In this document: positions 42,140 through 54,100 of the stretch, piece by piece
Layout of the letters: the number at the start of each line of letters is the position of its first letter
How positions within the stretch are numbered: the stretch's first letter is position 1
Assembly: GCA_963827735.1 (NCBI GenBank)
Contig: CAWHBO010000003.1
Location: forward strand, 252,676 to 316,675
Origin: Candidatus Parcubacteria bacterium
GTDB taxonomy: Bacteria; Patescibacteriota; Patescibacteriia; Patescibacteriales; UBA12075
Length of the DNA stretch: 64,000 bases
Direction: 5' to 3'
Made by a program: the position numbers and the translations under genes
The notes under the pieces: model-generated
Databases searched by the model: none
What the model saw: only the letters and a program-made list of their open reading frames with translations
What the model was told of the DNA's origin: nothing

Positions 42140-45100
42140 TTATCTCGCACACCTAAACCCAATCGTACTCGTCGCCATCGCCGGCGAATAAGAAGTATCC
42201 AAATCATACAAAGCCGAGGCGCCGCGTACAAAACCGCGGATCAGTTCAGCGTTGTCCCCTGTCTTAACCCGCCCGATGCCGTTGTCCGATGAGTAGTAGT
42301 AAGGCGGATTTATGTTAAAGCCTTTGAAGTCAGAGATCTCAAAATATTCATGCCAATCGTTATCAATCGGTTCAAAAATTCCGGCCTGCGTCACGATCTG
42401 ATTCGTCCACTCGCCGACGCCGCCGACAAGATCATAAATTATATTATCATTAGACAAGACCAAGCCAATAGAAGTGGTGGAAACATACTCGTGATTTGTG
42501 CAATTCGTCAACAATTCGTGTTCATCCGTGTAAGCGAAAGCCGGTAATTGCAGACCGATGCTAACATCGTCGCAGTCATTTTTGCTAACGCGTATGGCAT
42601 TTTCCGCAATCGTCAACCATTCATTTTCTGAAATTAAGTGATAACCATCCCCAATCGCCTGGCAAGTCAAATCCGCTTCACCCTGCGTTACGTTCACCCA
42701 CGGCATTCGTGATTCGTGCTCATTCGTCATAAATTCGTGTTCATTCGTTTCAACACAGAAGCCCGGCATCGTCCCATACTTCGCCGAACCTGGTACCCAG
42801 ACATAACCATCATCACAATACCCCGCAAACGCTCCCGCCACCACTGTGCCTTCCACGCCCATATCGCCCAGCGTGGAATCAACCGCCGAGTCAAGCGCTT
42901 CGCCGCAACCTGCTCCGGAGCAGACCATCAAGCGGCCGTCAATCGCCATTTCTCCCACCACTGAAACTTTTCCGTCATCGGCGATGTTAACGATGGATAC
43001 GCCGCCAGCCCGGAAGTCAGCCACATCGCCAGTGCCTTTCTGATTGATGACAAACGCGGTCACGTCGGAGGTGGTGGCTGTTATTATCTCTACCAGTGCT
43101 TCCGACTCATAAACCGCCACCGTGGATGTTGATTGGCTGTCAACGATTTGCGCTTTTACTTCGCTGTCATTGGTAAACACGATTGACCCGTCGGCCGTTA
43201 CCGAGAACGCTTCTTGGGAGCTTGACCCTGTTGTTTCTTCTGCCAGAGCATGGGCAATGGCGGAAGCAAGATCAAGCTCCTCAAGCGCGCTGATTCTATG
43301 ATCAATTTCCCCTAAACCAGACAATTGTAACTCATAACTCGTAACTCGTAACTCCAAAGCAGCCATGCGGCTGATTAGGTTATCGATGCCAGCAGTTACA
43401 TTTGCCAGCTCTCCGGTCACGCCGTTCACCGCCACAGTCAACCTTGAATCAAAAGATGCTATCTGTTCGTTAACGATGGGCTCAACCGAGCTGGCTATAT
43501 TATAATCATTGATTGCGTTTTGGAGCATGATCGCCACTTCATCCTCAATCTCCATGGCGGCGATATGTTCGGTAATTTTCTGTTCAACCGATTCCACGGT
43601 CAAAGATTTGTTCCTACGGCTGATCAATACATTTATCATTCCATATTCAACTTCATCGGGTGTTGAAGAGCTAATTTCAGGGAGCGAAGCGACCGAATTT
43701 CCTAATTTCTCAAGTGCTACACCCACAGTCGGTTCTCCCGCCGCCGCCTTTCTCATATACCCCGGTCTAGATGCCGATGTCAACGAATCCCCTGGTCTGA
43801 TTTCTCCGTTTTCCGTGGACACCAAAGCGGGGATCTGCCCGAGCATGGCGATCGCTTTATAATTTATATTATCAACATATTCATCTTTGGCATTGCCGAG
43901 AATGGCGGGCTTGGTGGACACGATGCCCATCACGTTGTCATCGGCGCCGCGCTCACAGCGGTTGACGGTGTTGTTGTTCGCCACGTCCACGCAGACCGCT
44001 TCGCCGGATTTGAGATCCGTATCATTGGTACGGAAATATTCAGCATAGTCGGCGGCCGGGGTCGTTCCGGTCTGGTCATACGCATAACTGCCGTCGGCGT
44101 TGATCCGGAAGGCTGTCCCGGTTTCATTTCTGACTGTAAACATCGCCAAGGTGCTGGAAGAGGTGGTAGCGATGCTTAAAGCCGCGTTCGGAGTGGAAGT
44201 GCCGATGCCGATGCGGTTGTCTTGCGTGTTAAAGTAAATCAAATCGTCAATCGTGGTGGTACCGGTGATGATCATTTCGTCATCCACAACCACTTCACCC
44301 AAATTGGCCGCGCTCAAAGTCAAATTCAAATTCTCCCAACCGGATTCAGTCTTGATATAGCCGGGGCCATTGGAGAATATGATGTTGCCGCTGGAATCAT
44401 TGGAGAAAATCAAATCATAAGCCATGCTCACATCGCCGGCCGCGCCGAAGATGACTGGGTTATTAAAGGTGGTGTTGGCGCCGGTGATGGTGACGACATC
44501 AGTGCCGTTGCTGTTCAAATTCAAGATTGGTCCGTCGCCGTCCACTCTGACAGACAAACCGGAGGATGAAGCCATTTGGGAAGAGTTGTATATATAGAAA
44601 AGATAATCAGTGGATGAAGCGGTCACTTCCAGTAAGTGTGTTGGGGCGGTGGTGCCGATGCCAAAATTTCCTCCAGTCAAATAACTGTTACCATCGGTAT
44701 CAAAAACCACTCTGGTTGAATAGCCAGAATCAGCCATTTTGAACATCAGACTGCCACCAGTCGGATAATATATACCGCCTAATTCAGTCCCACCTGGGCT
44801 GGTTATTTGAATTGGATAAGTATCTGCGCTTCCAACTCTTACCTCCAAACCATCTGTATATGAATGCAAGCTATTACCTGTTCCAATCCCCACATTCCCC
44901 GCTTCATTAATCACAAACAAATTGGAGCCGGTCGTGGAGGAGGCGACGGTGAAGATATTTGAAAGCGTAGTTGTGCCAATACCGATGCGACCATTTGCGT
45001 CAATTCGCATGCGTTCATTATTTACATTTGATCCACCTGTATAAAATCGCATATCACCAGTTGTCGCTTCAGCTAAAAGATCTAGTCCGCTTGAATTAGT

Positions 45101-48100
45101 ATATGCGCCAACTCCTATCCTATCAGCAAAATTAGTTTGTGAATATGAGCTTGGGTATGCAGAAAAATATCCATAACTACTGGCTGACTGGGTAACAAAC
45201 TCTGCGCCTGCTGAAGCATCATTTGTTTCATTCTTAGATATCACAGTGGCCCAAGCATTTTGATTTTTCTGTACCACTAATAAACCATCAAGATTATCCG
45301 TCCCAATCCCCACATTCCCCGCAGAATTAATCACAAACAAATTAGAACCAGTCGTGGAAGAAGCAACATTGAATATTCCAGTGGGGGTGGAAGTGCCGAT
45401 ACTGACATTGCCGGTATTAAAATATGTATTTGAACCGCTTTGTTGCCACAAATCACTGGTCGCGTCGGCGTTTGCGAAGTACAGGTGGCCGGCGCCGTCG
45501 GTTTTCAACACTTGTCCGGCCGAGCCGTCCGAGCCCGGAAGATACAGATCAAGATTGGCGCCTTGGGTGCTAGAGGCGCGCAGTGAGGTATAGAAAGTTT
45601 CTCCGGTGTTGTATAGATTGAGTCCAGTGCCCAGAGACAAGACGCGCTTGCCGTCCATCCAGTAGGTGGAAGATGAGGTGTAGATATCGGTCGCGTAGAG
45701 CGAGCCGTTGACTGTGAAATTATAATTCGGTGAAGACGAACCGATGCCTATACGGCCGTTGCTTAAGATGTTCAAAATCGTTGAGGAGCCGATGGTGGAT
45801 GACGTGCCAATCGCCAGATGGCCTTCGCTATTGTCCAGCGCCATCCAGAAATCATTCGCGCCATTGCCGTCAATCACAAAGCCGGCGTCTTCAGCCGAGC
45901 CGTCGCCGATGGTGAGGAGCGATCCCGAAAGGCCTGACCCTTCAATCACAAATTGCCCGTCGGACAAGACTTTGAAATCCACAAAGGTATCGGTGTCATA
46001 AGCCAGGCGCAGTTGGCCATTGGCATCAGAGGACATAACCGTCAGTTTGGCGGCCGCGCTGGAAGTGCCAATCATTAAATTGCCGGTGGAATCCAAAAGC
46101 ATATTCAAAGTGCCATTGGTATTGAAGCCGATTTGGTTATTAGTGGAAAAATCTATCAAGGTGTTTCCATCTCTTCCAATCTGTCCGTTCGTACCCAAAT
46201 AAACCACATCCGGCAGGCTGATGGTGGGGTCGCCCAGAATACCATCGCCATTTACGACCGTGATTTCGTTAGGTGTGCCGGTCGCTGTTCTTGCGGTATA
46301 AGTATTAGCGGCGGTACGCACCATCAAACCGGTTCCGGAAAATTCATTATCTATAACAAACGAAGTGGTAGCCGTATTAATCCAAGAACCGCCGGAGTAT
46401 GTGAGAATATCGCCCGGCTGGGCGCTGGATACATTTACATCGCTCATTGACCCCAGCGATCCCGAAGATCCGGCCGAACCGATGTTCACCCATTCCCCGC
46501 TCAGATTCTTGTACTGCATGGTGCCGGCATTATCACGGAAGCCGTAGCTGGAGGTGCCGGTGGTATAATCAGCGCCAAAATTCATATAACGGTCAGTGCC
46601 GGTTAACTTCATATCGCCTGCGACCGTGAGCATGGATTGCGGTGAAGTGGTGCCGATGCCAATTTCTCCGGTTGGTGTAATAATCATTCTTTGAATATTA
46701 TTGGTAACTATTTCAAATTCATGATCTGATAAAGTTCCGATACCACCTCTATTATATTCGGAATACACTGCCGTGCTTGCTCCTATGGTATTAGTAATAA
46801 ACAAAGCCAAATCATCATTTTTAGAAAGTTCAAGTTTCTCTTGCGGATTATCTGTCCCAATCCCCACATTCCCATTCCCCAAAACCGTAAAGACTTCGGC
46901 GGAGGTGGAGGCGAAGAGATTCATGATGTCGCCGGTGCCGGTTTGGCGGAGGTCAACCAGTGTGCCGGTGGTGGTGGCGATGGCATAGATGGCCGGGTAG
47001 CTGACCGGTGAAGTGGTCGCTGTGGTCCTGATCGCCAATCTTTCGGGTTGGTTGTAGGTGGTATTGGTGCCGAGGTCGTTGATTGATTGGGCGCCGGCGC
47101 CGGAATATTGGTTACCTGATAAAGTGTTGTTGTCTGAACCTGATCGAATATCAATTGCATAACCTGTTCCTGCCGTATCAGTAATTCTGTTGTTAGCTAT
47201 TACATTATAATCACCTGTATTTAATATTATCCCTGAATCATCTCCTGATCCACCATTATTATTTATAATATTATTGGAAATTGTGTTATATGCCGAACCA
47301 GTTGTAATATCAATACCATATGTTCCGCAATCATCTATTATATTTCCGGTTACGGAATTATTATCTCCCACTAAACCGATACCCCTAAAGTCACTGTTAT
47401 ATATCGTGTTGTTACTAATAGTTAAATTATCAGAAATAGTATATATTCCATTGCCATTATTCTTAAAAGTGTTTCCATTTACTACGCTATATTTGTTCCA
47501 TTGAAGGAATAAACCGTCGTTACCATTACTTTCAAAATAGTTATTAATAATCTTATTATAGCCTTCAAAACTTGATCCTTGAGCATCAAATCCAACACCA
47601 ACGTCTTCAGCATCGTAGATATATAATTGGGAAATTTCGGAATAACTGACTCTATCTAAATACACACCACTACACTCCGCCCCCGTATTCCCCGCATCAT
47701 TGCCATCAATTTTTAAATTAGAGATTTTGATATAAGAGTTGCCATTGGTCCAATCAGAGTTGGTGATGACAGAGGTGTTAGTGTTGTCAGCCAATCTCAA
47801 AACCGTTGAAGATGCACCCGCGCCTTCCAACCAGACGAATGACGGGATCGTGACGGTGGCAGTGATAGAGTATGTTCCAGCTGGTAAGAAAACTTTACCG
47901 CCGCCTGCGGGCAAGCTGTTGATCGCCGCTTGGATACCGGTGGAGTTTTGCGGATAAGTCACGCCATCCACGCTGATCACTTTGTTCCAGCTCGCCATCG
48001 TGGTCGTGCCGGTGACAGTTAGGGCATCATCCACATACACCGCGCCCGTTCCCCTGCCTTCCAAATATAAATTGTTATCCGTGCCGGCATCGCCTGCGGT

Positions 48101-51100
48101 CAGGTACATGGGGCCGTAACTATTAATATTTGAAGCTGAGGTATTAGATAAATACAAATCCCCGGCAATGTCCACATCGCCGCTTCCGGCAAAAGAATGC
48201 GGGACATAAGATGTGATCTGCGTATCAGTAATCGTGAAGACATCACCACCAGAGGTCGCGACCCTAAACAAATTGCCCGAACCAAAGACGGTCAATTTGT
48301 AGTCCGGTGTCGTGGTACCAATACCCAGATAACCATTGGCATTCAAAATCATATTGTCCGTACCGTTGGTTCTCCAAGTGATTTGATTGTCAGCGCTAAA
48401 GTCAACCAAATTGTCAGCATCTCTTCCAATTTTTCCAGCCGAGCCTAAGTAAACGACATCTGGAAGACCAATGGTGATATTGTCAGCCACGCCGTCGCCA
48501 TTGGCCAAGACGATTTCATTGAGAGTGCCGGTAGCATAGCGCGTGGCATAGGTATTATTCGCAGTGCGGACCATGATACCAAATCCGGAGAAATCATCAT
48601 CCAAGACAAATTCCGTGGTGGAGGCATTGATCCAAGAACCGCTCAGGTATGTCAGGATATCGCCATCCTGCGGACTGGAAACCGACACATCCGATAGCGA
48701 CCCCAGCGCTCCGCTGGATCCGGCCGAACCGATGTTCACCCATTCCCCGCTCAAATTCTTAAATTGCATCTGCCCGGCATTATCGCGGAAGCCGTAGCTG
48801 GAAGTACCGGTGGTATAGTCTGCGCCAAAATTCATATAGCGGTCTGTGCCGGTCAGTTTCATATCACCAGCTACGGTCAGCATTGATTGTGGAGAGGTGG
48901 TGCCGATGCCGATTTCTCCAGTGCCAGTAATATATAACCTTGAAGCACCTGCTGTCTGTATGTCCATATATGATTCGTTGGCACCTCTAATAGACGTATT
49001 TCCCCAAGACACGCCATTGCCATTGGTCAAAGTCAAACTTGTAGCACGTAATTCTCCGTTTACATTTAATTTATATACGCCCGGATCACTTTGACCAATC
49101 CCCACATTCCCATTTGGAGAAATATAAATTGCCGAAGTAGCAGTAAGTGCCGTACCGGTGGCAGAATAATATGGCATCCAGCCGGTATTACCAGTGGCCA
49201 CCGAACCGGTGGAAGTGGAGAATGTCGCCCAAGTTCCGGCGGAGTCACGATATTGCAAAACTCCAGCCACATCTCTAAAACCGTAGCCATTGGATGAAGT
49301 GGCAGAACCAAAATTCAGATAGCGATCCGCGCCCGAAAGTATCATATCGCCGTAAACGTCTAAGCTTGCTAAAGGCGCAGAAGTACCAATCCCAACATCA
49401 CCAACATCTGATATTCTTATTCTTTCTATTGCGCCCCCTGCTTCAATACTTAATGCTCTATATGACCGTAAAATGTCAGGATTGCCGGCGATTAATCCAA
49501 GATAATCGCCACCAATTCCTGCTATAATATTTCCAGTTGCATTTATATTTCCAGCTACATATAAAGGCTCAGTTGGATTATCAATGCCAATTCCCACATA
49601 TCCATTATTTAATATCGTCAAAACCGAAGATGAGCCGATAAGAGTGGAAGTGCCGATATGGAAAGCATCGTCGGTATCATCAATCCCCAGCCAGAAACGA
49701 TTGGCATTGCCATTGAAGACCACGCCGGAATCGGCGGCGGTGCCATTGCCCAGAGTGATTTGCGAACCGGCCGCGGATGGGTTGTTGATCGTAAAGCGCC
49801 CGTCCGAGGCGACGGTCATATTTACATAATTATTTTCATCATAAGCCAAACGGAGTTGAGCGCCGGTCGTGCTCATCACCGTCAATTTCGCTCCCGGAGT
49901 GGACGTACCAAGCATCAAATTGCCAGAAGTATCCAAAAGCATATTCAATGTGCCATTGGTATTAAAACCGATCTGGTTGTCAGTGGAGAAATCAATCAAG
50001 TTATCGCCGTCCCGACCGATCTGTCCACTGGCACCTAAGTAAACCGCGCTTGGCAAGCTAATGGTCGGGTTGCCGGCAATCCCGTCGCCATTCGCCATGG
50101 TGATTTGATTGACTGTGCCATTGATAGAGCGGGAGACGATGCCGGAGCCGGTACCGGTCAAAATGCCGTACGGTGAGCTGGAGCCGGTCCCGCCGTAAGC
50201 GACTTCTAAAATACTACCGGTAGAAGTGGCGAAGTAACCGGCCAAAGCGTGATTGCCCCAATTGTAAGCCTGATTATAAAAAGTAGAACTGGCCGCGACT
50301 GCATTCCAAGCTAAGTAATTGGAAGCGACCAAATTAGAATTCGTGTTATAGAAAGTGGAAGAGGCCACGACCGCGTTCCAATCTGATACTTGCGTGTTGG
50401 TCGGAATAATGAAGCCGGTGGCAGTAGCGATGGTAATGGTATTGCCTGAGATAGAAGTGGTCAACCCGGAACCGCCGACCAAAGTTAGAATAGCCGTAGA
50501 GGTGGCATTCAGTGTCCCGGAATTGCCATTCAATCTCCAATAAGCATAATTATCAAATCCCAGGGTGGAAGTGGCCATATCGCGCCACGCGCCCGTTGAA
50601 TACATTAAAATTTCGCCCTCGGCCGCAGATGTGATAGTCACATCGTTCAGGTCATCCAATCCGGTCGCGCCGGCGCCGATGCCGGACCAAGAGCCATTGG
50701 CATTTTTGACTTGAATGGTCCCGCCCAAATCGCGCAAGCCATAACTGGTTTCACCGGAAGTGGTGCCAAAATTTAGATAGCGATCTGATCCCGATAACAT
50801 TAAATTGCCGTAAATATCTAATTTGGAAAGTGGTGAAGTTGTGCCAATGCCGACATTACCATTGGCGTCAATCCGCATCGCTTCATCACCTGAACCCATG
50901 GTGGTGGTGGCCAGATTGGACGATGAAATGCTTAATTGTCCGGCATTATCAACCATAAAGTTGACATAATTATTTGCATCATATCCAAGTCGTAATTGCG
51001 CTCCGCTAGAAGATAGTATGGTTAAGGCATTTGATGGAGTGGTAGTGCCGATGCCGAGATAACCATTGGAGTCCAAAATCATTCTGTCAGTATTATTGGT

Positions 51101-54100
51101 GCGGAATGTAATCTGGTTGTCCGTATCAAAATCAATCAGATCAGTGGCATCACGTCCGATTTTGCCATTGGTTCCCAGATATACAGCGTCTGGCAGACTG
51201 ATAGTCGGGTTGCCGGCAATCCCGTCGCCATTGGCCATGGTGATTTGATTGACTGTGCCATTGATAGAGCGGGAGACGATGCCGGAGCCGGTACCGGTGA
51301 GAATGCCATAAGGCGAAGTCGTACCGGTGCCGCCGTAAGCAACGCCCTGAACATGAGTGGAAGTGGCGAAGGTGGAAGTGGCGCTTGCTGATAAACCGCT
51401 GACGTAAGAGTATAAAGATGAGGTGGCGGATGCCGATAAATTGTTGATGTAAGCATAGGTAGCGAAGGATGAAGTGGCGGACGCTGACAATCCTTGGACA
51501 TAGCTCAGAGTGGAGAAAGTGCTGGAAGCATAAGCCTGGCTAAGATAACCGGCTAAAGCGTGGTTGCCCCAGTTGAAGGCCGTGTTCCAGTTGGTCGTGC
51601 TGGCTGTCAACGGGATGTTGTAGAGGCCGGAAGGAGAGATCGTGATGGTGTTGCCGGAAACCGCGGTCGTCAGGCCCGCTGAACCGGAGAACGTAAGATT
51701 GGCGCCGGAAGTGGCGATGACCGAGCCGGAATTGCCGGCGGCGGTCCACGAGACATAGTTATCAAAACCAAGTCCTGAAGTCGCGGTCAGGGTATAGCCG
51801 CCGGAAGCATTGCCGAGGAGCAATTGGCCAGATGCAGGGACGGTGGAAGTTCCCGTGCCGCCCAAGTAGATTGGCAGAGTGGAACTGGCTCCCCACACGC
51901 CGCTATTGATGATGGCGATGCCCGATGAAGCCGAGCTGTTCCAGCCGGTGCCGCCTCTAGCCGCCGTTAAATGAGCGGTGCCGATGTTGGTCCAGGAGTA
52001 GTTGTTCAAATCATTATCAACCGTGTATGTGATTTTTCCATTGTTGTCTTCATAGGCCACTGTAATTCTGGTCGTGGTCCCGATCATGGCGCCTACATAG
52101 TCTTCCAAAACTTCCTGCGTCATACCCGTGGATGTAGCCGGCACCCAAGTGTAGCCGTTGGCTCCCCCGTTAACCGAGAGAACATAGTTGGCGGCGCCGA
52201 TGCCAATCTGGCCAAAGGTGGTCGTATCGCTCATATAGGGAATCGCATACTGCGTCCAAGCGGAACGGCCGGTGCCGCCGTACCCGACGCCTTGAACATG
52301 AGTGGAAGTGGCGAAGGTGGAAGTGGCACTGGCTGATAAACCGCTGACGTAAGAGTATAAAGAGGAAGTGGCGGATGCTGACAGATTGTTGATATAAGCG
52401 TAGGTAGAAAAAGTGGAGCTGGCGCTCTGAGACAAGCCGCTGACATAAGCAAGCAGAGATGAGGTGGCAGACGCCGACAGGCTGTTGATATAGACATAAG
52501 TGGAGAAAGTGGAGCTGGCGCTCTGAGACAAGCCGCCGACGTACGAGAGAAGAGACGAGGTGGCGGACGCTGACAATCCTTGGACATAATTCAAAGTGGA
52601 GTAAGTGCTGGAAGCGTAAGCTTGTGAAAGATAACCCGCCGCGGCGTGGTTGCCCCAGTTGTAAGCCGTGTTCCAATTGGTGGTGGAGGCTGTCAATGGT
52701 AAATTGTAATTGCCGTCAAAACCAATGACCAAAGTGCCATTGGTGGTGATCGGGGAACCGGAAATGGTAAAACCGGTCGGGACGGAAAGACCGACGCTCG
52801 TGACCAAACCGAGGCTGGAAGTACCGGTCAAAGAATAACCGCCGGATGAATTCCCAAGCAAAATTTGATTGAGGCCGGCTGACGCCAACCCCGTCCCGCC
52901 CAGGGTAACCGGTAAAGTCGTACTGGCTCCCCAGACGCCATTGTTGATGATGGCGATGCCGGAACTGGCCGAGCTGTTCCAGCCGGTGCCGCCTCTAGCC
53001 GCCGTTAAATGAGCGGTGCCGATGTTGGTCCAGGAGTAGTTGTTCAAATCATTATCAACCGTGTATGTGATTTTTCCATTGTTGTCTTCATAGGCCACTG
53101 TAATTCTGGTCGTGGTCCCGATCATGGCGCCTACATAGTCTTCCAAAACTTCCTGCGTCATACCCGTGGATGTAGCCGGCACCCAAGTGTAGCCGTTGGC
53201 TCCCCCGTTAACACTGAGAACGTAATTGGCGGTGCCGATGCCAATCTGGCCAAAGGTGGTCGTATCGCTCATATAGGGAATCGCATACTGCGTCCAAGCG
53301 GAACGGCCGGTGCCGCCGTACCCGACGCCTTGAACATGAGTGGAAGTGGCGAAAGTGGAGGTAGCGCTTGCGGACAGTCCGCTGACGTAAGAGTATAAAG
53401 AGGAAGTGGCGGATGCTGACAGATTGTTGATATAAGCGTAGGTAGAAAAAGTGGAGCTGGCGCTCTGAGATAAACCGCCGACATAAGCAAGCAGGGATGA
53501 GGTGGCGCTGGCTGACAATCCCTGGACATAACTGATCGTTGAATAGGTGCTGGAGGCGTAAGCTTGTGAAAGATAACCCGCTGTAGCATGGTTGCCCCAG
53601 TTGTAAGCCGTGTTCCAATTGGTGGTAGAGGCTGTCAATGGTAAATTGTAATTGCCGTCAAAACCAATGACCAAAGTGCCATTGGTGGTGATCGGGGAAC
53701 CGGAAATGGTAAAACCGGTCGGGACGGAAAGACCGACGCTCGTGACCAAACCGAGGCTGGAAGTACCGGTCAAAGAATAACCGCCGGATGAATTCCCAAG
53801 CAAAATTTGATTGAGGCCCGAGGACGACAATCCCGTGCCGCCAAGATATATCGGCAAAGTCGTGCTGGCTCCCCACACGCCGTTGTTGATAACAGCGATG
53901 CCGGAACTGGCCGAGCTGTTCCAGCCGGTGCCGCCGCGCGCCGCGGTAAGATTAAGCACGCCGACGTTAGACCAAGAATAATTATTTAAATTAGAATCTA
54001 CAACATAATCAAACTGATTGTTATCATCGTCATAAGTAACCGTGATCAGAGTTTCCGTGTTGCCCGCCACCGTCGGTCCCACATAATCCTGCACTTCTTC

